Below, piece after piece: positions 1 through 13,708 of a stretch of DNA of 64,000 bases. Each line of letters opens with the position of its first letter. Within the stretch, counting starts at the first letter, position 1. This DNA is from Cirrosporium novae-zelandiae (lineage: Eukaryota): contig JAPETS010000013.1 in NCBI GenBank assembly GCA_026023565.1, positions 186,001-250,000 on the forward strand. The letters are read 5' to 3'. Under the pieces are notes generated by a model. That model was not told where the DNA came from. It saw only the letters and a program-made list of their open reading frames with translations, and did not search any database. A program made the position numbers and the translations under genes.

Positions 1-1693
1 TGGCTTTGCGGTTGGCAGCGTTCAATGCAGCCAAACGCTCTCCCTCGGTTGGTCCCTTGGGGGCAGTAGAAGGCTTGTTTTTGGTGAGCGAAGTCCCAAA
101 AGCAAGCTTAGGACCATCCAGAGCTTGAAGTTCTTGATCGCATCTTGCAACCTCGGCTTCATCACCTGCTTCGATGGCAGCTTGGCGACGTTCGTTGATT
201 GAGTTACGCTCAAAGAAAGAGTAGCGGCTTTTGAGGGCCCCTGACCGAACAAGTTTTTGCTGGAGCTCCTCTTCTGTCCAGGCCCGGTTTAGAAGTTGGT
301 TGATGTCGTTGACTTTGCCGACAAGGTATGACTTTGTCTGAATAGGTAGGCTATCAGCAACCAAAGTCTTCTTGTATCTATCAAACTCCGACTAATAATG
401 TATGAGCCAATGAATATACACAATATGGTCATGGATACAAACCTCTGTAAACCTGGCATTTGAACAAGCTAAGAATGGCCATTCTCTTTCGGATTTCCCA
501 ACGGCAACACGTGCATATTGATTCGTATGGAACATCTTTCCGTTTTCCCCCTCCATAGCATACGGTTTGCCTTCCTTAAAGCCTGTTCCCTTAGTGAGTA
601 GGTGTATGCATATCAACATGTTGAGATTATCTCACCCTTGATAAGAGCTAAACGATAAACATTTTGTCCGGATTGATCTGGACCAATGCTGATACGTGTG
701 AAGCAGCCAGTGATGGCTTTTTCAAACCCAGGATAAAAGCAGACTTTGGCAAAGTTGTTACGACCGACCCGTGCATGTTCAAAATCGATTAGAGTGGCGG
801 GTGGCTCATCTCTGGGAGTGGATGATCGACGAGCTGGTCTGTTATCGGCCCAGTCATCATCAACCTCACCTTCTGCGTCAACATCCGAGTATGCTTCGGG
901 ACTCCTTCTATCCCTGGTTCCCAGGTCCCTTCGACGTTGCTCATCGCGCCTAGACTTCTGCTCGCGCTGTCGTTTGTATGCTTCGATAGCACCTGAGGTT
1001 TCTCCAGCTTTTCGGCCACCAAGAGTTGTCTTCTGCCTAGTACTTTTTCGTTGACCCTCATCAAGGTCAGCGGTGCCAGCCTTGCGCTTCTTCTTGTCAG
1101 CAGACTTAGCCTCCTTACGCCCACGATCTTGGATATAGCGGCGGAGTTGTTTGTTTTGGACATGGCGCTCATGTTGGGCAGCTCGATCAGCTAAGATCTC
1201 TTCACGTTTGATCTCAGGTAGAGAGAGAATGTAAGATCTATCTTCTTCATCTTTATACTTGTTTTCAATAGGAAACATAGGGGCATCGTCGTCGACATCT
1301 CCAGGAGATGTGTCGGTGTCGGATTCAGACATTGATGCAGATCGCAGTGAAGATGGTGACGATGCTACTGAAGATCTAAGTAGAAAAATTTATGAGCAAG
1401 TGGGTTGGCGGGTGTTTGTATTCGGTGAATGCTAGGTGAATTAGATAGGCAAAGGAAGGTTGTGCATACGCTTCGCCTTCTTCAGATTCCTCCTTGTGAT
1501 GCTTCTTGCCAGACCTCTTTGCGTGTCCAGGTGTTTTAGAGTCGGAAGGAGCTGACTCATGATTCTGAGAGCCACTCGAAGGGTCGTTCATGGGCGCGGG
1601 TGATTTTGAAGTAGCCTTGGTTGGGACATTATCTTCTTCATCAGAAGAATCTCCACCAGCAAGAGCCAAAAGCTCTGCATCAAGGTCGGCCAT
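1..1693 (-). CDS. RTF1: Paf1 complex subunit Rtf1 (Plus3 domain), 3' end runs off the window
   Basis: Starts MADLDAELLALAGGDSSDEE. Has Rtf1 N-terminal motif 'LPEIKREEILADR' and Plus3-like 'RVGRNNFAKVCFYPGFEKAITGCFTRISIG...YRLALI'. Manual GT-AG introns at about 1376-1469, 583-635 and 392-442. Confidence 0.9.
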
Positions 1694-3059
1694 GGTGATA
1701 TATACTTCCGGGGAATATGGTTAAATAACACCAAAAATGGATGTTGCTATACTGTGAAGGGCCCGCCTTCGAAAGCAGTAGTAGCAGATGATAAAATGAG
1801 GATTAAATGGTATGGTATTTGGCAAAGACAATAGAGAGCGTAAAGGGTGGGAAAATAAATATTTAAAGGGGAGAAATCTCAGTGGTTTTCGCGATCCTGA
1901 CAATGGCTGCAAACAGTGAATAGCTTCTTGTTATTGGGCTGAAGCAAGATGTTCAAGTTATTAAAAGTTGTAATGGTTGCAATGGTTTGGAGGTGGAAGT
2001 TGCGGGCAGAACAGTTTGGTCGCCAACTACTTACTTTGGTTAAAGTTAATATACATTACCATACACCAATCATACGCTTGCGAATACCAAAGAGCAAACA
2101 ATACTAATTACTTTGTCATTCATATTATTCTTATTCTTATTCTTATTAGCATTACTTTACAGCCTTCGATTCATCCTCACTTTATCTTCACTTCACCCTT
2201 ACCTCAGTGGTTTGCAGTCAATACCCATCGATACCGTTGTAACATTCGACTAATTATAAGCTTCAAACAAACACGACCTAGGCCGTTTTAAAACAGATAA
2301 ATTACAGTAATACATTACCCAGATCTAAGAAGGAGTTCCTAGTTTTCTTCAATATCTTAGAGAGAGTGTGTGTATCGCCTATGTCAGCCGTGATGAAGAA
2401 ACAGATTGAAAGCCTAACGGTTTTCTACTACAGTAAATGTATGCAACGCATAGAGTGGTAGGTGACACACCTAGCGGTTAAACATGAAAGGGAATGGGAT
2501 AAATAGAGCTAACATAAATATACGCAAACTATAACATGTAAAAATATTAATTAATAGAGTCGCCATTACTTGAATCACCGACAGGCCCATTTTCGAGAGG
2601 TACCCGACTGCGCTGATTGGTAGAATGGCATATCGTAAATGTTATACATATGTATTTGTGAACCTTAAGAAGAAAAGAGGCTAATAATGCCTCCAAGAAA
2701 TGAGGTACTAATATCAGGCAATTCCAGTATTCTCCATACCCAATTCATGAATCATAATTCCCAAGCCCATCTGCAGATCTCATCTGCATACCCCAGAAAT
2801 GCGAATATCCTCCGTGAAACAACAAAATCATAAACTTTTGGACCTTGATAGGAGAGTGGTAGGGGTCAGTTGGTCGTTGACCCTCGGAGAAATGAAAAAG
2901 TGGCTGGATGGAAAGCATAAAGCTGAATGGAAACAGCAAGTCGTCAAGAGGCTGTGGCTGCTGCAAGAAGCCATTATCAGATTAACGTGGGAATCAAGCC
3001 CGAGTCGAACCGATAGTGGTGAGCAGGTGCTCCATTACATGCTTGCTTGCATTATCACA

Positions 3060-3527
3060 TCATCGTCCTCCAATCTTTCGCCACATCCTTTCTAGGCTTC
3101 CACTCCTGTGGATTCCATCCTCATTCTTTTCATCGTCCCTCTTCTCTTGGATGACTTCGTTTCCCGCACCTCCTCGTCCAATAAACCAGATGTTTCTGGC
3201 TTCTCTTCTCTTACTGACAAGTTCTGCTCTTTCTTTCTCTTCGGATTCACTGATGGTTGGATATTCTGAGAGAGGGTGTATGTTACCAGCACCGCCACGA
3301 CCAGAAGAAAATGTATTGGTAGATGAAGCGTAAGAAGCAGCTGTGCTGATGGAAGAGATGGAGGGAGTGTTGGAATTGATACGGGTCAATGTATTTGGAG
3401 GGCCATTTGCTCTGGGAGTAGATGCGAGAGACACTCGAGTATAATTGCCAGCGCCACCGCGACCAGTATGGACCAGCTTTGTTTTCTCCTTGGTGGTATA
3501 GTATGATGAGAGATAGTTTGATGCCAT
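3060..3527 (-). CDS. Small fungal protein with three GRGGAGN repeats (DUF3602-type)
   Basis: 155-aa intronless ORF with 'TGRGGAGNY', 'SGRGGAGNI' and 'IGRGGAGNE', the repeat typical of this fungal family. Confidence 0.75.
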   Translation of the reverse strand: MASNYLSSYYTTKEKTKLVHTGRGGAGNYTRVSLASTPRANGPPNTLTRINSNTPSISSISTAASYASSTNTFSSGRGGAGNIHPLSEYPTISESEEKERAELVSKRREARNIWFIGRGGAGNEVIQEKRDDEKNEDGIHRSGSLERMWRKIGGR

Positions 3528-4575
3528 GATGAATTGGAGGAAAGATGATAAAGATAGCAGAAGAGAGATAACTATCTAGGTAGTAATAGGTCAATTGAAG
3601 TTCAGAGGCAAATTGGAAATTGGAAATTGGAAATGGTAAAGGACAGTCAGCCATCAATGATGGTATTTATAATTGTGTTGTCTTTCTGTGCCACGCGCTC
3701 TCCAAGTTCGAACAAGTCATCGAGTCATCAGGCAATGGTTCCCCGTAATTCATGGGTCTTTTCCCTACGACATTGGACTTTGCAGTTAATGGCAACGTGT
3801 TAAGAGATATACCAAGAAGCACTTTCCAGTTAATGGCATGGTCCTCCTGAAGAGGAGGTTCTCGGTGTCCAAGATGACCCCTGCTGGAATCATCTGACCC
3901 TGGATTGAAATTAGATAAAAGAAATTTACTTTCAGAAACAAAAAGGAAATGTATTTCTCTCGCCTTTCTAGAATCAAAAGCAGCACGACGACGAAAGGAG
4001 CTTATTGTGGCTTGTGACCGGCCAATTTGTTCTTTAGTTGTTGCTGCTTTGCCATTAAATGCGGGGAAGCTGGAAGCCAAATACGTAAATTAAATTCTGG
4101 GGTTGTTTTCTGGGGGTAATGGAAATCTGCCATAGGATGCCAGGCCACACATGCCTCCATTCGCGCCATCATTGAAACTACACTTTCACACTTTCATCTA
4201 ACTCGTCTAATTTTTGCATCATTTCGCCATTTGATTTCGATTCTGAACTTCTCTACCCGTCTATATCCCTCCATGCCTCCCTGCTTCCATGCCCTCAATT
4301 TCTCACCTTCCCCCAGGCCAAGGCTCCTGAAAATCCCCATCAAGATCCCAGCACACAGACACACCCATGTACATGTGCACATAACAAAGGAGAAGACATG
4401 CCGGGTATCACAAAATTAATGGCTTGTTCGTCAATCACGTAGATAGTGCAAACAAGCAATGAAGTATTTCACTCATGCTATGTATGGTACTAACCGGCGG
4501 AACCTAGATTTCCCCAGAGCGCCATGCTGTTCCCCATTTTCGCCCGTCCCTCTCCCTCTAAAGTCTTGTAGGATA

Positions 4576-5957
4576 TTAGGTGAATTTAGTGTGGATGATG
4601 TCGGGGTTCTCATGCCAGTCGTCGATGCTGACCCACATCTGTATAATTATTCTCATATTAGCTTATCTCACCCATCAATATTACCCGTCAGCAGGAACTG
4701 CACTGGGCACCATGCTTCCGGGATAAAGGGCCGAGGATGCTGGATACTAACCTTTCGGAATGTGCTCAGGCCTGCTAGAATACTTCCTCCGATCCAAGTG
4801 CTATATTTTCTCTCTGGCGGTGCAAAAATCTTGATCCGCATGTCCTTGACCGCCAAACGTTGAACCTCGTGGAGCAATCGATCACCAAACCCTTTGGTCA
4901 AAGTTGTTCCACCTGACAGCACTATGTTTCCAAAAAGGGCTTTTCGTAGGTCCATGTCTGTCCTATTGATGGCATCTACCACAATTTGATGTATACCCGG
5001 GTATTCAAGGCCGATAATCTCGGGGTCGAAAAGTATTTCTGGTGCACGAAACCGTTCTGGTCCGATCTGTTAAGTAATTGTTAACAACGCATCCTTCAAC
5101 CCCGCACAACCTGCAAGGAGACTGACCTTTAGTTTATTTCCATCTGGTAATGTGTATTCCACTACATTGTAGTCTTTCATGCCAGTGGTTCCCAACCACT
5201 CTTTCTCCTCTTTCCGAGGATCCACGGCAATATAACTTGTCTTTTCTTTGATCATTCTGACAACCTCTTTCTCCGCACTTGTGTGAAAGACATAGCCACT
5301 CTTCCGAAGTAGCAATTGCAAATATTCTGTGATATCCCTGCCCGCAACATCTATTCTTCGGATGCTGTTTGGCATTGCAAAGCCTTCATAGACGGGCACG
5401 GCATGAGAAACGCCATCTCCAGCATCCAATACGATCCCAGTAGTTCGACCAGAAGCATATAACGATAGGACGGCCTGGATTGATGTGTAAAGGGCAGGAA
5501 TATTGAACTGTTCGAAAAGGATCTGTGCAGCCGTCTCTCGATTTGACTTGGGGTTTAAAGGAGGTTCTGTTAAAAGTACAGGGTGCTGATCATCTCATCA
5601 GCTTTCCTACTGGTTAAAGGCATGAAAATTCGACGGGAAATCACTACTGACCTCTTCACTCAGCGTCTTCAATTCTTCATTATAGACATATTGCCAGATC
5701 TTCTCCATGTCATCCCAATCTGTTACAATTCCATGTTCCAGCGGGTACCTTATTTTAAGAAGCCCTCGCAGTTCCTGAGCCTTTTGTCCAATGAAGACAT
5801 CACCTTCCAGTGCACCGGCCAGGACTCGTAGATGTTTTGGTCGACCGACAAAGGAAGGGAAATAGCATTTTGGTAGATCTTCCCCTGCAAAACCAGCTCG
5901 AATCGTACCGCTGCCATTGTCCAGGACTATCGGGGCGTTGTGAAGTGTATCGGCCAT
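4576..5957 (-). CDS. ARP1: Actin-related protein 1 (centractin, dynactin subunit)
   Basis: Actin fold motifs '[16 protein letters not shown]', 'DAGDGVSH', '[17 protein letters not shown]'. C-terminus '[13 protein letters not shown]' is ARP1-like rather than ACT1-like. Three introns. Confidence 0.92.
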
Positions 5958-6453
5958 CCTTGAAATATTGAACTGAACTTAAAACAAACGAAAATCGAAG
6001 CGCCAGTCGCAAAGTGGGAAGATATAGAATAAATGTTCTGTTGACGAATAAATCTACTTCCTACCTGTTTCTGGAGAATGTCTTGTTGTTCATTTTGAAT
6101 TGAACTTGAAGGTATGCGGCAGAAAGTTGAAGCTCCGTACTCCAGTAGAGCTCGGGACGCGATCCCTGGCTGATTAGCGGTCTTGGCGCGACAAGCTTAT
6201 TTAGGCCACTGTACTGCTTTCTATCAACTACCTAGGTACCTAAGGTCGGTATTTAACAGTTGACATACTTAGAGATGTCCAGGTTAGCCTTTACAACGGC
6301 TTCATGGTTGGTAGATATTCCAAAATTTCACCCACAAACTAAATATTGCTACTGAGGAATCTTGTAATTTTCGGCAATGGCAAAAGACCAAGTCATCAGC
6401 TACACACCTTATCGGCCTTCGGTATAGGAGAAGCAAGTGAAACCACCGATACC

Positions 6454-8194
6454 TTATGTGCTCGTAGCCGCTGTGAAATTTGTCTCCGTCAAGTCCACAC
6501 TTCCAGGAACAATATACTGTTTCCACTTCGGGATTGCTGCAACCACTTTTGCCGGCAAATGCAATGTATCTTCGATAATCTGTGGCGGCGTTAAACTCAA
6601 CCACTGGTTCATGGAGATGTCTGTGAATTTATCCGATTGCAAGACTTCCAAAAATACCAGGTCCTCTGTTCCTACATTTTCCACATAGTGACTTTGCGGC
6701 ACAGGAATATATCCCACGTCGCCAGCTTGAAAGTCAAAGGTGCGGGAGGCCTCAGGCGCATCAAAGGCAGTTACACGGCCGGAACCACTAATGAAAAAAT
6801 TCCATTCATCAGATGTTGGGTGCCAATGGATTTCACGCATTGCGCCTGGCTTGACTGTTACAAGAGCTGCGCTGAACTTGGAGGCGATCGGGAACGTCGT
6901 AGGGTCGATGATTTTTACGGTCCCAGCATCCACAGTGTAAGGATCCTGCTGCGAGAAATGATAGCTATAAGAGTCGGACACTGGAAGGTACCCCGCAGGG
7001 CCGGTGACATTTTGGGCACTGATATTGTGAGGTGCTGGGGTGCCTATAATTCTATGAGAAGGATCTAAGAGAAATGGGAAAGGGTTAGGATACCGTTGAA
7101 GATATATAGTTGCCCATCAGGTATATCATCAAGAGCAGATACATCTGTCTGTAGGTTTTTTGCTATTACTTCTTTCTAAAAGACATTAACTCAGAATCAA
7201 GAAACATGGGAGAGATAACCATACCGGATTCCGTTGTATTAATTCGGAAGCGAGGAACGTTCCCTCCTCAGAGAAACTACCGTCATCGAATACAAGAAGA
7301 AATTCACAACCTTCATCAAATGCTTGGATGCTATGAGGGACTCCAGAAGCTAAAAATATAGTATGTCAGCAAGAAAACATATTAATTTATGAACCGTGTT
7401 CTGGTAAGGTAATATTTGCACTTACGGAAGAACCAGACATCACCGGCATTGAGATCGTCAACGAAAGTTTCTCCATTTTCGTTCATCGCCTGAATGCGCA
7501 CGCTACCATTCAACATTAATGACCATTCATTGGCTTTATGCCAATGCAATTCTCGGTATGCATGCGGAGCAAGCCTCATATCTACACCTGCCATATCCGT
7601 CGCTATGGGCAAAACAGCTTCATTCTGCTGACGAGCCCAGCCTGCGCCCTGGAGTCCAAGTCGATTGTGACTAAGGCCTAGTGGCCATTTTGCTTGTGGT
7701 ACATCGCCATTGTCTGTCCCTGGGGGGGCGAGTGCATCACTGTTTATAGCGTCATACCGATAGTTGCCTGGACAAAAAAATTAGTCATAGTCGATCTCTT
7801 GGGCCGACCTCTTTCAATGTCGAATCAGACTAAGACAGCGCGTTCATCCCACAGCATAGAAAAGGTTAAAACAGAAGGAAAGCTTACGTGGACCTGGATC
7901 GGTAGCACCCTTGGATCCCCGGAGTGGTTGAGGATTTGAAAGTTTGGTGAAATCAAGATAGAGTCCTAAGTCGGCATCATCTTTTTGACCAGGGGCTTCA
8001 TCGTAATTAGAGACGATTGCACTATCAGCCGTGTCAATTCCTGCACCATCATCACCCAAGAGAGCTTCTGATCCATAAAGGGAACCTGTAGCTGATGGAG
8101 GACCATTGATGTTGCTAGACAGTGGAGCAGCTGAGCTACTACATAGCAATAGAGACGCAAGAAAAAAATCGCGTAGTTTGAGTTGAGGGGCCAT
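6454..8194 (-). CDS. oxdC: Secreted bicupin oxalate decarboxylase
   Basis: Hydrophobic signal peptide, two Mn-binding cupin motifs (YRELHWHKANEW, MREIHWHPTSDEW), lid segment 'FDDGSFSEEGTF'. Multi-exon (about 4 introns). Confidence 0.9.
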
Positions 8195-9605
8195 TTTGCA
8201 AAGATGCGGCGGTTGAAGTTAGGGGGAACGAAATGCGATATCTTAATAATGTCAGGGAGCTTGAGAGATTTTTATATTCCATTTCAAAAGCAACTCTACT
8301 TCGCTCATCTCTCTAGAATGAACCAATGATTGGTATGTCATGTTCAGATGGGGTTTGCCTTAGATCTAGAGTGATAGTGTGAGTAAGGGTTGCTTCGATG
8401 TATAATCAATGATGTCGAGATCCAGGATGTTTGATTCCAAGTTCCGTCAAGCTGTTTGGACAGTGATTCTATGTAGACGATCGGATTAGCGGGCAAGTAA
8501 ATCCGTCAGATCCGCATATATGGCTTGAACATGTAACTATTCAATAGCCTTGCTTTGATCAAGTTTCCTTATAATGCGGGGTTAGGCTAAGCCGGGACGA
8601 AAGTAGCGAGAAGTTGATGATTCGTGTGTGGGTGAAGAGCATTAACAGATACAAGTTGATAACTAGACTAAGCTTTCAATCTCAATCTATCCACGATAAA
8701 GGACGTACTTGAAAGTAGTCACATTTATTGGTGGAGATATAAATGGACATCATACGTAGTAGACCTCAAGTTCGGGGTTTGGCTATGCCGGACACCCGCG
8801 GACCGAAAGCCAAGTTGAACCCTCACGACCCTGTACTACCTATTTACAGAATCATTTGAGATGATCTATAATATATCAAGTAGTAATCTATAGTAGTAAA
8901 TATTATCCTAATCGATTCATAGTATAAATGCTAGGTCTAATTAGAGCCGAAAGAACCACACACGGGAACGCATACAACCATGCATTTCACACATTGATCC
9001 TTGCTTACTGTATTTTGGATTTATCAAGGGAAGCTGGAGACCTTGACCACTGTAAGATCAGCATTGCGGGGTTCCTTAGATATCTCCGGCAATTCCTAGG
9101 CATATGTTTTCCATAATGAACGTCTGGGTTGTCCCATCGACTTTTCGACTGATACCGCGGCACGCGGGGCACACTGGGATGATGATTCGGGCTCCTCGAG
9201 AGTGACAGCAAGGATCTGTCTGCAGCTACTCCAGGTCTATGAATATAAAATTAAATTAATGGGAAAGAGTGGGGACCTTTGAAGCGTCTTCCCTTGCAAA
9301 ATTAAAAAGTTTCTTTTCAATTGTTTTATTTCCTAGGGCTTTTTGAACGTTGATTCGTACACCCGTGCAAAAAAGGGTCTACCTGCATGCCTTGATTTCA
9401 TAGTCAGCCGATGCTATGTTGATCCCGAGGGACAAGATCTCAATGTGCCATCTCCTGCATATCACAAGGACTTTTAGACATACTGTATATACAATGCTCC
9501 ATAAATAGATCATAGCCGTCATAGCCATTTGGCCTATGTCCAACAATGTTGATTTCAATATCGGTCGGACTTATGCCTTGATAGGACACGGAGAATCAAC
9601 ATTCT

Positions 9606-10481
9606 TCAATCAACAAATCCCATTTCGTCATCCATAACACCGGCAAGGCCTCGCTTTGAACCCGCAGTGATAGGAGGCCATGCTTTTTGCTTCTTTCGAA
9701 GTTTTTCGGAAGCGAAAATACCAGCCGCTAGATTCCTAAGAGGAAAGGTCAGCTCTTTAATCTAATATACTGATAATACCGCATAAATAGCAAATGCACC
9801 CTATTTTCCCATGCACCACATAACCCTGCTTTGCTAATTCCACCGCCAGCTCAGCCTGATGGTTATCTAGCAGACTCTCGTTGGGAACAACGATGAGTGG
9901 GACATCTATTCGGAGAGCATCAAGTATGGATCCAGACCCTATGTAACATACAGTCAGACGTGCACGTCAAATCATGTAACCATATTCACTGCCGGTGGAA
10001 CCATTACCACCGGTTGTAATACCCATGGCTTTCATATTTTTGCCGCGTGTGTTTAGTAACCATGGTTATTGTGTGATGCAGATCCAAATGGGCGTTCATG
10101 AAGTTGTGGGATGTTCCTACCTGCGTGGCTGATAACCACCCCTTCTCTTCTCCCTTGTTCTCCTTTGGCTGCTCTCATTTCCTGACCAAGACCTCTCTTA
10201 TTGAAATCGAAGCCATTGATATTAAGGCCATATTGTCCATCAGTACCTTTGGGATGGGTGTGTATGAAATCCTCGAATATATGTTGGCCTTCCTCTTTCC
10301 CATATTGTAGGAGGAGATCTGTATATCCAGCTTGGAAAAGTGCCTCCAAGAAGGGCCGACTTAGTGCTGCTGATAGTAGATCATTAAAAGATGCCGTAGC
10401 TCCGATGGTTACAAAGCACAATCTCTGTTTCAATGTAACTTCTGCCGTTTCATTATCCTCTTGCTTTTTTTCCTCAGCCAT
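9606..10481 (-). CDS. ALG13: UDP-GlcNAc transferase subunit Alg13
   Basis: '[11 protein letters not shown]', 'LLLQYG', '[15 protein letters not shown]', '[16 protein letters not shown]'. Introns at about 9940-10120 and 9736-9798. Confidence 0.9.
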
Positions 10482-10675
10482 AGTGTACTGTATGTAACCA
10501 ACTAAAATGATAGGTAGGTGTGAAAAGACATGGTGAGTTAAGACCTCCGGCCGACTGCGTTTAAGCTCCATCGAGTCAACCGTATACCCCCGAGGACCCC
10601 GACAATCCACCAAAGTCCAACATGGAAACCCCCCAACATGAATTTTCAGCACATTAGGAACCAACTCTCCACTCA

Positions 10676-11899
10676 ATGGCCGCCTCCGCAGCTCGAGAAT
10701 TGGGCATTTTAGCTCGATCTTCCCAGCGAACATTGTTCAGAAGAAAACCACAATGGCCGCCACAGATCCAACGCCGCGCTTTCCGACCAGCAGCACCCTC
10801 TTTCACCGACGATAGTTCTCCTCCCACCACCACTGCCACTACCACTACCACTACCACTATCGAAAATGACCAGGGCGAACAGGGGCCAGTTGGATACGAA
10901 TACTTGTCGCAGGAGGAAAAGGCACAGTTCGACGAACAAGTGAGGTTACTAGATCAAGGAATGTCGACGCCTGCAGTTGCTATGAAGCTGGGAAACTTCA
11001 TGGCTCGGATGGGCCGCGAACTGGAGAATGACTCTCCCGATTTTATTCGACCGCCCAGGGTAAATATGAGCACTTTCTGGCATCATTTGGAGGAGCCGGA
11101 AGATATGGATAAGATATACGAAGAGAAGGACTTTCAGGGAGATGATCTCTCTTCAATGGGTCATGCCGAGTTGGAACAGCATCGCGAGATGAGACATTAT
11201 GCCCGACTTGCAGCTTGGGAGATGCCATTGCTGAGCAGTAAGTCCCCAGGGCATCATCTCCCACCACCCCCAATCGACTCTCTATATTAACATACAGCCA
11301 CCCTAGAGCTCTCCAAACCCTTCACCCCGCCCCCCCTAACCCACCCCCTCCGCTTCCGCTACACAACCTACATGGGCGAACAGCACCCCGCCGAAAAAAA
11401 AGTAGTCGTGGAATTCTGCACCAAAGACATCCCCCACCTCACCGAGCCCCAACGCATCAAGCTCATCAAACTAGCCGGCGTGCGCTACAACCCCGAAACC
11501 GACATCGTCAAAATGTCCTGCGAGCAGTTCCCCACCCCCGCCCAGAACAAACGCTACCTGGGCGACGTCATCGATTCTTTAATTACTGAAGCAAAAGACT
11601 CTAAAGATATGCTCGAGGACATGCCCCTGGATTTCCGCCACCACAAGTTCGTGCACAGGCCCAGGTTCCCTGCGGAGTGGAAAATTACCCCGGAACGGCA
11701 ACAAATGTTGGATGGGCAGAGGAAGGAGTTTGAGGCTGCGGAGCAATCGAGGATTGACTTTGGAAACATCGTCGATGGGACGGAGGTGATTCGAGAAGCT
11801 TTGAAGAGGAGTATCCCGTCTCCGCAGCCGATTCTGGTGGAAGCTAGGGCGCAGACGGGGGCGAAGAAAGCAAGAGGGAGGACGAAGAAAATGAGATGA
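10676..11899 (+). CDS. RSM24: Mitochondrial small ribosomal subunit protein mS35 (Rsm24)
   Basis: Arg-rich mitochondrial presequence. Conserved 'HREMRHYARLAAWEMPLLS' and 'PLRFRYTTYMGEQHPAEKKVVVEF...AQNKRYLGD'. Intron 11238-11306. Confidence 0.9.
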
Positions 11900-12102
11900 G
11901 ATAGATAAATGATTATTAACCTAACTGTGTGTTTATGTATATTAATGAAACGCTTTTTAGGCCCCTGTGTATGCCGACCATTGTATTTCATTGTTATGTT
12001 CTTCTGCACGACATATCGTCTATGTATATTCAAAGAAAGAGTACAGTACATGTACAGTACATACATCTATCCATCTCCATCCCCATCCCCAAACACCCCC
12101 AA

Positions 12103-13708
12103 TCACAACCCCCCCTCCAAAACCCCAACAAGCTGATCCAACCTCCCCACCACCAAATCCACAAACTCATGTCCCTGTCCCTGTCCCCTCCTCTGCAATT
12201 CCAAATTATGTTCTCCAGCCAATAGTACCGTGGTTGCGCCTGCGAGACGACCGGCTGTCATGTCGTCTATGGAATCGCCTACCTATACATAACTTATTTG
12301 TATGTGTGTATAGGGGAAGGGAAGGGAATTAAAGGGGAGGGAACATACCATGATACAATTCCTAGCGTCGAGGTCCCAAGAGTTGGCGATGTGGAGGATT
12401 CCGGCGGGGTGGGGTTTGGGGGGTCGGAAATCGCGGGTTATTATTGGGGAGAAGGTGTGGGTTGGGAGGAAAGTTTGGAGAAGGTGGTGGACTGGTGTGC
12501 TGGGTTTTTGAAAAGAGAGGAGGTTAGTTATTTATTTTGTCCCCCTTTTACTCCTCTTCTCTCCCTTTTCCACGATTTATATATATACCCCTCCCCCTCC
12601 CCCTCACACCCCTCCAAAAAAAAAAAGGGAGGAAACAACAAACTCAAAATTCCTCGTACAAATCCCCAATCGAACCCCCCTCCCCTTCAAAAAATCCATC
12701 ACTTCCACCAATCCAGCTTGCGGCTGCTGCTTGGCCATTGCTGTTCGTTCGATGGTGCGGATTTTTTCCATGGCTTCTTCTTGGGCGAGGGGAGTGGGGA
12801 GGCTGTAGATGTGGTCAAGGATGTCAGTTTTGGGGGTAATGTTGAGGGCGGTTCTGTGTGGGGGGTTAGCTGAAGGGGTGAGAGGGGGGAGGGATGGGGG
12901 GAAGAAACAAACCGCATTTCTCTAAACATGTAGTTCTGGGGGAGGCTGTGGGGAGAGGAAAGGGGGGTTAGTCTCTTTCCTTTCCTTTCCTTTCCTTTCC
13001 TTTGTATGATGGTGCGGGCAAAGCATAAAGAATTCAGGAAGGCTTTGGGAATAATAGAAAACTTATCCTGCTGCATGATGCGAGGAGGAGGGGGCAGCAC
13101 TACAAAATAATAACAGCAAAGCTTGACAGCAGAAAGAAGGAAGACATGCAACGGTAATATAAAAAATTGCTTGCAAATATTCAGATTACAAGACGCAAAC
13201 AGAAGAAGAATATTGCAAACATAACAGTAACAGTTATATCCCCCGAGTTCACAACACATGAAAGCGCAAACCAAAAAAAAAAAGTTTAAAAAATAGAGGG
13301 TAGTGTATACCAACTACATCCTCACATCCTCTCTTACCACAACGTCCCATCAACATCAAAAATAACCCCCTTCAGCACCGGCACCCTCTCCCACTCTCCC
13401 CCTTCTTCCCCCATCTCACCCCCCCTCTTCGGATCTAAAGGGCGGAATCTTCTTCTTCTTCTAGGTTTTCCATCATCACCATCATCCGATAGCAGAGGAG
13501 GAGGAGGAGGAGGAGGAGATGGATCTTGACTTTCGGAGGAGTAGTAGGAAGAGGCAAAGGATTTGGCATCAAAGGATGCGGAGGTGATTGAGGTTGAGGT
13601 GGATGATAACATTGTTTTTGTTTGGCCCTGGTGGATGCGGGAAATGGGACTATGGGGCTGTGGGTGTGGAATGGTTACTTTGTTAAATAATTGGGGGATT
13701 CTGTACAT
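12103..13708 (-). CDS. HAD-superfamily hydrolase (YOR131C-like); start codon uncertain (13708 or about 13612)
   Basis: HAD motif I 'GVIFDVDGTLC-LPQNYMF' spans intron 12946-13337. Motif IV 'VGDSIDDMTAGRLAGATTVLL' is in the last exon. Stop at 12103-12105. Confidence 0.8.

Noticed and set aside
9940..10120. snoRNA in the 181-nt ALG13 intron (hairpin CCGGTGG/CCACCGG at 9992-10013)
   Set aside because: Only a 7-bp stem and no convincing C/D or H/ACA box arrangement.
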